64,000 bases of DNA from Haliotis rufescens (taxonomy: Eukaryota). The translations under genes and the position numbers were made by a program. Location of the stretch: the NCBI RefSeq assembly GCF_023055435.1, contig NW_025964001.1:45570001-45634000 (forward strand), read 5' to 3'. This document shows positions 49,641-63,637 of the stretch, piece by piece (the first letter of the stretch is position 1; the number at the start of each line of letters is the position of its first letter). The notes beneath the pieces are model-generated. The model was not told the origin of the DNA. It saw only the letters and a program-made list of their open reading frames with translations, and did not search any database.

Positions 49641-51079
49641 ATACACAATACTGATTGAAGGTTGTGAGATTTTGAAGGATTAAAGGAAGTGTCATGTGCT
49701 GATTTCAATCTTGTTGGCTACTGAACAACTGACCCCATCCTCCAAACTGTGGACACAATACCTTCATTTTTGTTCTCATTCACGTCATAACTGGTAATGA
49801 TACTGATAATTTATGTGAGAATGGGGACGGGTTGTCGGATCAGGCTGAGTTTCATGGCGTATACGATAATACAGGGGGCTGACCTGAGACCCAAACGTTT
49901 GTTTTGGCGCATATTATAGACAGAATGTCGAATTATATCACATATGAGACTGTCTACTGTATATTCGACGCCAAGTGTCGATGACATCTTATACCTTGCT
50001 ACAACCTTCTTGTCTCCGTGCCACACATCCCTACACACTCCGGCGCAGCGGTGACTTAGCATAACACCAATACCACAGGCTAATTTGCATATCACGTGCC
50101 CGGACTTTTCTCTTGTTTGTAAACAAACGCGCTTTTTCAGAAATCAGAATTGAACGGACCACTGCAAGTATTTTGGGGCGCTTTACATATTGTTTTGCAT
50201 AATTATAAGAATATGCTACTAAAACTGCGACAGTGAGTTGCATCACAATACATATTTACATATCAAAGTGACCGTATCGCTAGCTCTCCGTAGGGCTACG
50301 ATGACAACACGAGGAGCCATATAACCAATGTAAACATAGGATAACTACGCAAATAGAAGTAGTTTTTCACGATTTAGGATATTTCTCAGTGAAAGTAAAC
50401 CATTCTATGTCATATGTTTAAATAGATATGTAGACTTGTCAAAAATGAAACGTCGCTCTTAATTGTAATAAAGAAGTTGTACATCCATAAATTCTTATCC
50501 TTACTTAAAAATGAAACCGATGAAAAACATATGCAATATCTTGAATGGACTGTGTAAGATGTGACGAATGGCAGAGGTACTATGCTGGTCGCATGGAACT
50601 CTGGGTAGGAGAGTGACATCCCTACATTAACCAATACCCTGAAATAATGGAGAGATTCCGGAATTGCCACTCCTTCCTTATGGGGCCAGTGGCGTAGTGG
50701 CGTAGCTCAGGCACTAAGACACAGGGCTATATTGTGTGTTCATATTGTGGCAGGCAGTTGTATATATTGTATAGGTTTATTTCAGCTTCTTATATTTTTT
50801 ACTTTGGGTCAATTTCAGGTCGATTGACAATTAGTTTTCGATGGTCAAGTATCATCCACTTGGCTAGTTTTCATTTCTTCTCTTTTAGGGTTGACAGGTT
50901 ATTCCATTCTCTTTTCTGTTGTTTCTTGACCCGCCCATTGTTTAATACAATAGCCTTGGCCAGTCAGCTTGGCCTTATGCAACTTTACCTTTCTTTTCCA
51001 CCTCTAACACACTGAAACTTACACTGCCACTAACTCTGCACGACTAAGGACAAGGAAAACCACAGTGCCAAGGTTAGTT

Positions 51080-52739
51080 TTTTGTTTTTTAAAAATATTT
51101 TTTATTCAATTCAGTATATGACAGTACAGAGTAATACATGGAGTAGCACGTCTTGTGGCATACTTGTTAGGTATAGGTTACCTATACAGCAGACAGCAGG
51201 TCAGCAAGTTTAAGTTCGCTACAGGTGTCCATCAAAGTTTACACATGGTGAAAACGGGCAAATATTTGCCATATTTATTAACTAAGTGTGGAGCTAAATC
51301 CNNNNNNNNNNNNNNNNNNNNNNNNNNNNNNNNNNNNNNNNNNNNNNNNNNNNNNNNNNNNNNNNNNNNNNNNNNNNNNNNNNNNNNNNNNNNNNNNNNN
51401 NNNNNNNNNNNNNNNNNNNNNNNNNNNNNNNNNNAGACATATTAACTAGACAGTTCATTTGCCAAATCTTTCCATTTTCTGTCAAACTGTCTTATTGTAT
51501 TGTTTTTGTGTGCAATTGATTCCTCTATCCGATAATATATAAATTAAAGTCTTCAGAAACGTTTCAAGTGACAATTTGTTTTGCTTAATACTTGATACAT
51601 GTATATATTTTTTGCATGCCAGTATAATGTGATTTAACAGAATGTTAGAGTTGTACCCAAGTAAAACAGAGCATTTTGTAAATGTAAATTGTTTTGAACA
51701 TTTTGCATTCAGAAAACATTCAACTTTAGCCAAAAACTCTTTAACATGCTTACAATTCCAATATACATGAAGTAAGGATTCAGTATCAGTTTCACAAAAT
51801 GAGCACAGAGCATCATCGAGAAATTTTATTTTAAACAATTCTTTCTTTGTATAGATGGTGCGATAAATAAATTTATATTGAAAATCAAGTAATTTTACAT
51901 CTTTGGTACATTTTCTATATCTCCTTGTCTCCTTGTCTACACCCCCTTTCGTTACAGAAGAATGTAGATAAGTGTCCATTTTGTATGATGCAAGATGAAG
52001 CATTATTTTGTAAGTATGTGTATCCATTTTCTTATATGAGGTCCAAAGCCAAACCTTTCCTGTGTCAGCATTGTAAATTGTTTTGAAACAGTATCAAAAG
52101 CTTTTCAAAGTCTATAAGTAATAGTAAACCAGGCTTATTTTGTAATTTTGTTTCAAACAAGATATCATATAGTAGTCGTATGTTTTCGCTAATACATCTT
52201 CCAGGGAAAAAGCCAGTTTGGTTTTCGTGTATAAGAGTATTAAGTGTTGTTTTAATTCTGTTTGCTATGTACATGTACTCAAAATTTTATATAGTGAATT
52301 TAAGAGAGAAATTGGTCGCCAGTTTTTGAGTAGTTGTTTATTTTTAGTGCCTTTGGGTGTACAGGTATTGACACCTCTATTCATTGTTAGACTTAAAGTG
52401 TTATTTCTAAATGTTTCCGTAATATATCTGTATACCAATATTCCAAGATCTTTCCAGAAAAATTTGAAAAACTCTAAAGGGAATCCATCGATACCTGGGC
52501 TTTTGTTATTTTTCATAGATTTTACAGCCTTTGTTATTTCATTCATGTTAATCATATCTTCTAAATAATCAAACTGTGATTTACTAAGTTTTGGTGTGTT
52601 AAGTTTGTGTAATAAAGTTTTGGATTCATTAGTTATTTCTCCACTTGAGGAGCATAGTTTCTCATAGAAATTTCTTTGTTCAGTTAAGATGGATTGTCCA
52701 TCGGTTATTAACTCCTTTTTTTTCATTTATAATACTGTT
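51080..52739 (-). mobile_element. 5'-truncated, internally deleted L1/Tx1-clade LINE
   Basis: RT motifs KSPGIDGFPLEFF, NWRPISLLN, HENQTGF and LIDFEK; C-terminal zinc finger CSFC..ESLLHVYWNC; A-rich tail; 16-bp TSD agtgccaaggttagtt at 51064-51079 and 52740-52755. Confidence 0.88.
51302..51434. other. Assembly gap (133 N)
   Basis: Run of N. Confidence 1.
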
Positions 52740-53427
52740 AGTGCCAAGGTTAGTTACTTAATAAACGTAGCATATAAATAGTATAAACTTTTCTAAGTAT
52801 ACTTATCATCATAAAGGTATATCTGATATATTTACATCTATTCTATTTACAGTAAGTAATGATATGTATGCACGTGTTTGAATGTTTGTTCAGGTAGTAA
52901 TCCATCTGAATGTGCTAGGTTACTGCATATAAGAAATGCAGGTTATTATTATATATTTTATATTGTATATAAAGAATATCTAGTAAATTATCAATAGTTT
53001 ATATTTGACTAGATTGTAATAGTGTATATATGGTATATCTAGTCATAATCATTATATCTTAGTTATAAAGTATGTCAGTTGTGTAATGCTACTGAATAGT
53101 TATTTGCATTACAGTATTATATTAATTAGTTACAACACATAAGTCATTCTGTGTTGTATATTTAGGTCTCACTATGCATGCATGTCGCTGCTGTGGGTAG
53201 GGACAGACACACCCCGGTGTCACCCACAGGGTATGTATGATATGTTTATTTGTGTCTGATTTGTGCAAATATCTGTAGGCAGTATTTAATATTATATAAG
53301 AATAAGTAAACTGTAAATATGTAAATCATATTCATGGCTACTAAGCGCTACATGATGTTTTGTACCATACTTTCATGTAATTTATGATTATGTTATATGC
53401 ATTGAGTAAGTTCATAGAATATATATA

Positions 53428-54407
53428 TACTGAACAACAAAGGTTCCTGTGACATTGAATAAGATTTTATGCAAAGTTAGTTTTTTTTACCAAATCTGAA
53501 ACAATTTCGGTTTGCAACAGATAAAAGACTCCTGTAAATGTTTAAATGGTTTGATTTGCCATACTGACTTCAGAAAATGCGTGATTTCATAAAAAAAAAC
53601 CATGAACATGCCAAAATGTCAATTTACAAGTCCACCTCTGGTTCCGATGCAAGCAACACATCTTCGTCTCATGGAATGGGCCAGGCGTCGCACAAATTCC
53701 TGTGGGATATCTGTCCATATCTGCTGGAGCATGTTTCGAAGTTCCTGGAGTGTCTATGGCACATGTGGTTGACGTCGAAGGCGCCGATCCATCTCATCCC
53801 ACATGTGCTCGATTGGTGAAAGATCAGGGGGGCGAGCCGGCCAGGGGATGACATTCACGTTGTTTTGTTGAAGAGAATCCTGAACAAGTCGAGCAATATG
53901 AGACCCGGCGTTGTCATTTTGAAAGGTAATGCCTGGGCCATGACGACGAAAAAACGGTATGGGCCCATGATCTCGTCGCGGTAGTGCTGTCCATTGAGAT
54001 TTCCCTCTACGGAGGATGGTCTCTGAATGCATTCGTCTGTTGCCAACGTTGCCATAAACACCAAATGGTGTTTCTGTGGACGTTAAATGGTCTTGCAACA
54101 TCACGTTGACTCGATCCTGCTTCAAGCGTAATGTTGAATAATGTTTTTCTGAGTGGTTGTTGTCAGCACGATGATAAACAATGCATATGGAATTCCGTTA
54201 ACGCACATGTTTTTATACCCATTCTTGGGTAGTGAAATGCATGGGCTTGCATAAAAGTCAACTTTTGCATGGAATGCATGCTTTTCTGTAGCAGTTGCGT
54301 TTTTATGACTTGATTCCATATATGTACTTCAATATTGAAAACCAAACTTTACTTGTTTGAAAAATACACTAAAATATTGGTGTCACGGGAACTTTTGTTA
54401 TTGAGTA
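53428..54407 (-). mobile_element. Internally deleted Tc1 element
   Basis: TIRs tactgaacaacaaaggttcctgtgaca / tgtcacgggaacttttgttattgagta with TA flanks; FQNDNA...PWPARPPDLSPIEHMWDEM remnant. Confidence 0.85.
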
Positions 54408-56648
54408 TATATACTGTTGTAATATATAGTATGCATAAATGTCTGCTCGTTATTCCATAAATATTCTGTGAGACATCATTTAAATTGGCATTATAGTAAA
54501 GTTTTATGCGCCTGTATACATTATCATCTATTATGATTTATTGTGCGTTATACTTATTGTATAATCATGTATTACATGGTGAAAATCTTGTCCGTATATC
54601 ATCGCTATATGACTGTCGAGGACAGAAATAAACACCTCCCAACCCGCAGTTTGTTTGTGGAATGTTCCATCTACTGCACTATACCCCTCTGCAACAATAA
54701 TACAAACAGAAAGTACGCACTGCTATACACTTACAAGATGATGTGGCAAAACACAGAGACTACATTGAACCTAAGCCCTCCTAGTTTGTTTCGTTCATTG
54801 TCTGAACCTCCAGTGTTTACTACCTGTTACAGCATCAACCATGTCACACATGCGCGGAAGACAGGGCAGAATAGGTCACTGCTTGTCGTAAAAGCCCAGT
54901 AATGAGGATGTGGAAGTGCAATGTGTTACCTGCGTCTCAGTGTTTGATTGCGTGTCGTAGTGCCCCACGGCGGCGGTCGTTGCTGATGCTGTCGACCACT
55001 TGTCTGCTTGGCCCATACCCGATTAATTACAATGTTGTATGGCTGGAATTGGGAGAGAGACATTATGTGTGTTCAGATTTCAAATGTTAAAATTTTAAAT
55101 AGTAATCACAAATCTAAAAACTCCAAATGTTTATCGACTAACGGGATCGGCTCGCTGACTTGGCTGATGCATGTCATCGTATCCCAATTGCGTGGGTCGA
55201 TTCTCATGATGGAAATCACTGGATTGTCTTGTCCAGACTTGATTATTTACATACCACCGTCATATAGGTGGATAGAGGGGTAAATATGTACTCCGAAACG
55301 TGTTCCTCATGATTAACAAGTTGACATTTATTTGTGAAAGGGGGCCCTGCAGCTGGTGTTAATCAAAAGGATAATAATTCCGACCCTCCCGGTTAAACAC
55401 CACTTGCAGACTGCAGCTTACACTCCCATTGGTTTTAGGAGATACACTCACTCATTTATTCAAGCCGGCCAAGCGTGTACCTATAGCTGTAGCCGCGCGG
55501 TTGGCGACGCTAACTAGGTCAAAGTACTGAACTGAATATACGGGCCCGCGGCTGCATATATGATCGTGTGTACTAGCTGCACACTACATACTGCTTAACG
55601 CACAGGCAGTCGTGACTCATTGTATGTCACAAGGCTATTTGATCACACATTTGGTATTGTGTTTATGTGACCTTGTTTTGATAACTACCTGTCTGGGTTT
55701 TCCCTGACGATTCCCCCGGGGCGAGTGGGGGAGTTTTAACTGTTAATTGGACAATATAATAATAGACTCTGCATGATGAATGGAATTAGTGAAAGAAAAT
55801 AACATTAAATAACACGGGAAATATTTCAGCTACAGGGCGGTATGAATGTTTATCTCTATTAAATGTTAAAGGTAAAGGTGTTTAATTGCATCGGGCTGTT
55901 TTATCAAACTCGTAAATGTCCTTCACATGTGAACCATAAAACGCTTTAAAAGTTGTGGCTTTGAACGTTGTATCACTTATCAAACTACTTTTGAGTAAGA
56001 TTCGTGTGGCGCTCTTTGAAATGTTCGTAGAAAAGGCATATTCGATTGTACCACAAAAGTGAAATGTAGAAGCAAAGGCTGCTGGACTATTGCTCGACAT
56101 AGAGGGAAATGTTGAGAATAGGAAAGTTAAAAAAGTCATGCCAAAGTGACTAAAGGCTCCTCACAAGACTATATGGCGAGGGATGACACATTGATGTTTT
56201 GTCTGATTCAATAAATTGAATTCAATAATTGTGAAGATCTTCGAATTCACTTTTGAAAACAGATTTCAGGTAGAGGATTCTATAAATCTCTGATTCCAGG
56301 AAATGCAGGAATCTGGGAAATAGCCCGTATGAAGTATGGAATAGTTTTCAATGCATATGTGGCAAGGCACCATGACAAGGACCTTGTTGACTCCTTTGAA
56401 ATGTCAACTGAGATGTCCTAATCCAGTAGCTCCTGCACGCATCCCCCGTGTATCTGACAATCCGCGTGTGGTCATCATTATTTAAATCAGCGTAAATATT
56501 TATATTAACATCCTCAAAGATGCTCTACATAATGTTGATATCTCATATATGAAATAAACAACTTGAGGTCATTTGTCGTACAATAAAACACTGCTGGGAA
56601 AATAAACCACTCTTGTTTTATTCTGCCCCAGTGTTTTATGGTACCATA

Positions 56649-56680
56649 GGACGCGACGTTAAACCCAATTTCACCTCACC
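56649..56680 (+). mobile_element. 32-bp 3' stub of SINE family C with 12-bp palindromic TSD
   Basis: tatggtaccata on both sides of ggacgcgacgttaaacccaatttcacctcacc. Confidence 0.75.
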
Positions 56681-56777
56681 TATGGTACCATAAAACAACG
56701 ACCAAGAAATGTTTATTTCTTAAGTAAACAAGGTTATGGCTTGCCGTAACTGCACTGCACGTCGACAGATGGTCCTC

Positions 56778-59700
56778 CCTCGCGCTGCAGTACATGTATC
56801 AGTAGCCTCCCGCTGCATAACATGTATCAGTAGCCTCCCGCTGCAGTACATGTATCAGTAGCCTCCCGCTGCATTACATGTATCAGTCGCCTCCCGCTGC
56901 AGTACATGTATCAGTAGCCTCGCGTTGCAGTACATGTACCAGTAGCCTCCCGCCGCAGTACATGTATCAGTAGCCTCCCGCTGCAGTACATGTATCAGTC
57001 GCCTCGCGCTGCAGTACATGTATCAGTAGCCTCCCGCTGCATTACATGTACCAGTAGCCTCCCGCTGCAGTACATGTATCAGTCGCCTCGCGCTACAGTA
57101 CATGTACCAGTAGCCTCGTGCTGCATTACATGTATGAGTAGCCTCCCGCTGCAGTACATGTACCAGTAGCCTCCCGCTGCAGTACATGTATCAGTCGCCT
57201 CCCGCTGCATTACATGTACCAGTAGCCTCCCGCTGCATTACATATACCAGTAGCCTCGTGCTGCATTACATGTATCAGTAGCCTCCCGCTGCATTACATG
57301 TATCAGTAGCCTCCCGCTGCAGTACATGTATCAGTAGCCTCGCGCTGCAGTACATGTATCAGTAGCCTCCCGCTGCAGTACATGTATCAGTAGCCTCCCG
57401 CTGCAGTACATATATCAGTAGCCTCCCGCTGCAGTTTTTGTATCAGTAGCCTCCCGCTGCAGTACATGTATCAGTAGCCTCGCGCTGCAGTACATGTATC
57501 AGTCGCCCCGCGCTGCAGTACATGTATGAGTAGCCTCGCGCTGCAGTACATGTATCAGTAGCCTCCCGCTGCAATACATGTATCAGTAGCCTCGCGCTGC
57601 AGTACATGTATCAGTAGCCTCGCGCTGCAATACATGTATCAGTAGCCTCGCGCTGCAGTACATGTATCAGTAGCCTCCCGCTGCAATACATGTATCAGTA
57701 GCCTCGCGCTGCAGTACATGTATCAGTAGCCTCGCGCTGCATTACATGTATCAGTCGCCTCGCGCTGCAGTACATGTATCAGTAGCCTCGCGCTGCAGTA
57801 CCTGTACCAGTAGCCTCCCGCTGCAGTACATGTATCAGTCGCCTCCCGCTGCAGTACATGTACCAGTAGCCTCCCGCTGCAATACATGTATCAGTCGCCT
57901 TTCGCTGCAGTACATGTACCAGTAGCCTTTCGCTGCCGTACATGTATCAGTAGCCTCCCACTGCAGTACATGTATCAGTAGCCTCCCGCTGCAATACATG
58001 TATCAGTCGCCTTTCGCTGCAGTACATGTACCAGTAGCCTTTCGCTGCCGTACATGTACCAGTAGCCTCCCGCTGCAATACATGTATCAGTCGCCTCCCG
58101 CTGCAGTACATGTATCAGTAGCCTTTCGCTGCCGTACATGTATCAGTAGCCTCCCGCTGCAATACATGTATCAGTAGCCTCCCACTGCAGTACATGTATC
58201 AGTATCCTCCCGCTGCAGTACATGTATCAGTAGCCTCCCGTTGCAGTACATGTATCAGTCGCCTCGCGCTGCAGTACATGTATAAGTAGCCTCCCGCTGC
58301 AGTACATGTATCAGTAGCCTCCCGCTGCAGTACATGTATCAGTAGCCTCCCGCTGCAGTACATGTATCAGTAGCCTCGCGCTGCAGTACATGTATCTGTC
58401 GCCTCGCGCTGCAGTACATGTATCAGTAGCCTCCCGCTGCAGTACATGTATCAGTCGCCTTCCGCTGCAGTACATGTATCAGTCGCCTCCCGCTGCAGTA
58501 CATGTATCAGTCGCCTCCCGCTGCAGTACATGTATCAGTAGCCTCCCGCTGCAGTACATGTATCAGTCGCCTCCCGCTGCAGTACATGTATCAGTCGCCT
58601 CCCGCTGCAGTACATGTATCAGTCGCCTCCCGCTGCAGTACATGTATCAGTAGCCTTTCGCTGCAGTACATGTATCAGTCGCCTCCTGCTGCAGTACATG
58701 TATCAGTAGCCTCCCGCTGCAGTACATGTATCAGTAGCCTTTCGCTGCAGTACATGTATCAGTAGCCTCCCGCTGCAGTTTTTGTATCAGTAGCCTCCCG
58801 CTGCAGTACATGTATCAGTAGCCTCCCGCTGCAGTACATGTATCAGTAGCCTCCCGCTGCAGTACATGTATCAGTAGCCTTTCGCTGCAGTACATGTATC
58901 AGTCGCCTCCTGCTGCAGTACATGTATCAGTAGCCTTTCGCTGCAGTACATGTATCAGTAGCCTCCCGCTGCAGTTTTTGTATCAGTAGGCTCCCGCTGC
59001 AGTACATGTATCAGTAGCCTCCCGCTGCAGTACATGTACCAGTAGCCTCCCGCTGCAGTACATGTATCAGTAGCCCCCGCTGCAGTACATGTATCAGTCG
59101 CCTCGCTCTGCAGTACATGTATCAGTAGCCTCCCGCTGCAGTACATGTATCTGTCGCCTCGCGCTGCAGTACATGTATCAGTAGCCTCGCGCTGCAGTAC
59201 ATGTATCAGTCGCCTTCCGCTGCAGTACATGTATCAGTAGCCTCGCGCTGCAGTACATGTATCAGTCGCCTCCCGCTGCAGTACATGTACCAGTAGCCTC
59301 CCGCTGCAGTACATGTATCAGTAGCCTCCCGCTGCAGTACATGTATCAGTAGCCTTTCGCTGCAGTACATGTATCAGTCGCCTCCTGCTGCAGTACATGT
59401 ATCAGTAGCCTTTCGCTGCAGTACATGTATCAGTAGCCTCCCGCTGCAGTTTTTGTATCAGTAGCCTCCCGCTGCAGTACATGTATCAGTCGCCTCCCGC
59501 TGCAGTACATGTACCAGTAGCCTCCCGCTGCAGTACATGTATCAGTAGCCTCCCGCTGCAGTACATGTATCAGTAGCCTCCCGCTGCAGTACATGTTTCA
59601 GTCGCCTCCCGCTGCAGTACATGTATCAGTAGCCTCGCGTTGCAGTACATGTATAAGTCGCCTCCCGCTGCAGTACATGTATCAGTAGCCTCGCGTTGCA

Positions 59701-60114
59701 GTACATGTATCAGTAGCCTCCCGCTGCAGTACATGTATCAGTAGCCTCCCGCTGCAGTACATGTATCAGTAGCCTCCCGCTGCAGTACATGTTTCAGTCG
59801 CCTCCCGCTGCAGTACATGTATCAGTAGCCTCGCGTTGCAGTACATGTATCAGTAGCCTCCCGCTGCAGTACATGTATCAGTAGCCTCCCGCTGCAGTAC
59901 ATGTATCAGTCGCCTCCCGCTGCAGTACATGTTTCAGTAGCCTTTCGCTGCAGTACATGTATCAGTAGCCTCCCGCTGCAGTTTTTGTATCAGTAGCCTC
60001 GCGCTGCAGTACATTTATCAGTAGCCTCGCGCTGCAGTACATGTATCAGTAGCCTCGTGCTGAGTACATGTATCAGTAGTCTCGCGCTGCAGTACATGTA
60101 TCAGTAGCCTCGCG
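56778..60114. repeat. 28-bp satellite (cagtagcctcccgctgcagtacatgtat), about 119 copies
   Basis: Direct periodicity over about 3.3 kb. Confidence 0.97.
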
Positions 60115-61184
60115 AAATAGACGAACTGTTCATTCTAAAATATATTTACATTCTTTCATTTGTGTTAATCAACAATTTTGGGACGACATGAAATTGATTC
60201 CTTTTCGCCTCTTGAATACCAACTACATTGAACGTCATTGTTGTCCTATTGCTCTGTGTACCTATCCAGAGCATGGCGGAATCTTAAATACTAAAACTTA
60301 TATAGTGAACGACTCGATGAAGACACGTGTGATGGATACATGTACATCATATTTCATATGTGTTACGCTCATAATGTTTAAGCTAAAATTTTCCTATTCA
60401 AAATGCCGCTCATCTAAACCTAGTTTCGAAAACATTTACGCTCAAATTACCGGCTTCGTATTCTGCATTTTCTGTTGCAAGGATAACAGGTGGCCTTGCA
60501 GAAGGGGGCATGGGAGATAGGGTGGGAATGCGGATGTATCCGATGTGCACTTCACGCCACGCTTTGTGTCACTCAATAACACCCAAACTATGTTTAAACC
60601 TGCCACAACAACATGGGGCATTCTACTCTTTTCCCTGTCACCCAAATGATTGTATATGTGATTTAAGTATTTTCTGAAGTGAAAGGTTAAATGGTTTGAA
60701 ATATAGTGAGGAAATGATTGTCTCCGTTTGATTGCAATATTTTCTGCGGGACCTCTTTCACAAATTTACGATAACGCTACAACCATTGTAAGTGTCACAG
60801 AAGCTCTAGCCAGTGACCATCATGCAGAGTGGCCCCTGACCAGTAGACACAGACTCCATGTTGACTGTTAATATTCATCGATGAACAGTTTGACTCCAAA
60901 CTATTGCAGTCAAAACAACAATAATACTACTGAAAACGTTGTTCCTCAGAATAAAGAAGTTGACATCCATATATTCTCTTCCTTATAATATACTAGTATA
61001 TTAAAAAAAGATGCGCAAATCTTATTCGTATGCACTTGCATAACACATACACCACCAGGACTTATAACGAACTTAAAACAGTAATAACATGCAAAGGTAC
61101 AACTGATTTGAGCATCTAATTTCTATATCTTATATTATACATCTTATCTATGTTTGACTTCTTGCCTAATGATATGCACTCATT

Positions 61185-61306
61185 TTAAACATGTTTAAAC
61201 GTGTTTAAATTCTAAACATGTTTAAACGTGTTTTAATTCTAAAGATGTTTAAAGGTGTTTAAATTCTAAAGATGTTTAAACGTGTTTACATTCTAAACAT
61301 GTTTAG
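61185..61306. repeat. ~27-bp palindromic AT-rich tandem repeat (ttctaaacatgtttaaacgtgtttaaa), about 4.5 copies
   Basis: Direct reading. Confidence 0.8.
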
Positions 61307-62989
61307 CTTATGGGAATGTTGTGTTTAGGTGGTGTTTAGGTGGTGAGACGATAGCTCATTTCATTTGCTTAGACCCTAATCCGTGTTTATATAGAACGCA
61401 GTAAATGTGTATCCCGCTTTGGATATAAACACTTCCCTAAACGTGTTTAGATCTAAACATGTCGTGTATGTGTTTACATTTCTAAACATTTTTACTGTTT
61501 ATATGGGCTGGGAGCAGCGCATTTGGTGTCATGCGACAAATTACGTGACCTGACATCTGCTTGTCGCCGGAAAATTCAAAAAAATGTTTAAACATTGTTG
61601 ACAGCTTATCAATGTAGGTACACAGAGCACGACAATGCCGTTTCATTTTGGAAATAATGCAAGCTGTACTTGTGTGTATATCAAGCATTATTCTAATGCT
61701 ACTGTACATAACACTTTGATATTTATGATACTGACAGCTATATAATGTGTACAAATCAGTTTAACACATACAGCGTCAGTGATGTAGAGACCAGTGTCTG
61801 CCGTATTTCCCTGTTCCCGAGTCTCGTTTGCCTTGATAACTTAAGAAGGGTCCTCAATTTTAGACAATCCATTTCATCATCGAATTAAGAAATTCGTTAA
61901 TGCATATTTCGGTGTATGAATGCTATCCTCATAGGCGACTGATTGGTAGATCGTTCTACTTTCCCTTTCGATAGCCAGGTCTTGTGAATGAGTTGATATA
62001 TATGATAACGCCCCCGAATAGTACACGCAGAATAACATACGCATCCATCATGTTATTCTTTTAATTCGGTCAGTCTCTTTATGACTCTATACGTAAAATA
62101 GGTGATGGTGATGTCGGATTGAGAAAAGCATTGGACGAGTAATTTACTGCATCCGTGAGTGACTCAACAGATGGGTTCAATGATTAACGCCTGTGCGATG
62201 TGACTGAATCTTCGCAGCCCAGTAGCTACGCGAGAAATACCGTCTTTCTTCTATTAGAAGCCAGTTTTTCCTATACTTTTCTCAATTTATGGAACCGTTT
62301 TTAAACGAAAATAATACTGTAAGGGGCCAATTTTAGACACAATAAAAACACTTATGCTACTAATAAAGTACTTGATATTAAAAGTCTGTCAAGATTAACT
62401 CAGCAATATTTGCAATCGTAAATTGAACCTGCTTTTGTCCCTCCTTCATCAACTTCATGTATATATTATAATAATAATAATAATAATAATCTATTTTGCA
62501 CTTATACTACCGTGGGTGGTTTTCGAAATATAAACAATTTTCAAGTTACCAAGATTCAAGATATGAGAACAGATACACAGTAGAATGTGTTACTATTTAC
62601 AAGTGAACATAAAGTTTGAACGACAAAATCTGAAAACCCACATCCATAATGTCTATGAATGGAATGTAGGGAAACGGTTAACAACAATAGAGAACCCTAT
62701 CTATGACGTGAATCATTCATGTATGCAGGTTAGAAGAATTTAAATGTCGAATATTAATGCAAATACTATTAATGGACGAATCTTGGACATGAATAGATTC
62801 AGTGTTATGGCTTATATTTCTGCTATAATTATGTTTCTCCACTTTAAAATGTCAAGATACAGAATGGGTTTAGCATGCTATTATTAAATGTTAACTTGTT
62901 TCAGAATCCTTTTACTTTTTACCTTTGTAACGAGTTACCATTTAGAGATGATCTCTTTTCAGGTTAAAACACCAGGGAAAGAGTGAGTG

Positions 62990-63637
62990 AGTGAGTGTGC
63001 ATTACTAAATCTGAAACCTGGTAAATCTGCCGGTGAAGATGGAATACACCCTGATTTTTTTAGGTTATCAGGCACAATTCTTATACCATATTTAAAATTA
63101 TTATTGAATAACATTTTGAATACTGGAGTGTTTCGGGAGTCGTGGAACGTTGGTATGATATTACCATTGTACAAATCGGGTACAAGGTCTGATCCCAGTA
63201 TTTACAGGGGTATTTCTGTTTTAAATGTAACGGGAAAACTTTTATTACAGAAAGGCGTCTTAGAGTTTGGTTGGATGTGAATACTAGTACACGTAATCTT
63301 CTATCTGAATCCCAGGCTGGTTTTCGCCATAACTATTTAACGGTTGACAATTTATTTATATTGCAAGCTTTATGTTGCACATATTTATGTAAACCTAAGG
63401 GTCGCTTTTATTGTGCATTTGTAGATTTCAAAAAAACGTTTCGATTATGTAGATAGAGAAAAGATGTTATATTTACTTCTTACCAAAGGATGTCATGGGA
63501 AATTGTTTCTTGTTCTAAAACAAATGTATTCATCGGTACAAGCTTGTATTAAAACACAGTGGTAGAATACAGTTCTTCCTAACAGCTAATGGTGTACTCC
63601 AGGGATGTATATCCTCTCCAGTCTTGTTTATTTTTTT
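62990..63637 (+). pseudogene. Reverse transcriptase fragment of a non-LTR retrotransposon (RTE/RTE-X-like)
   Basis: LKPGKSAGEDGI, YRGISVL, ESQAGFR, AFVDFKK and GVLQGC..SP motifs with frameshifts. Confidence 0.82.

Larger units (their letters stand above)
50746..54696 (+). mobile_element. Possible solo LTR (about 1.3 kb after removing the nested L1 and Tc1)
   Basis: tgtggcag...ctgcaaca near-inverted TG..CA termini and AATAAA near 54627. The TSD is imperfect (atat/ataa). Confidence 0.3.

Noticed and set aside
55880-56520. Possible old LINE remnant on the minus strand
   Set aside because: Only vague motif resemblance; too degraded to support.
60560-60580. In-frame TGA as selenocysteine
   Set aside because: No selenoprotein motif and no SECIS identified.
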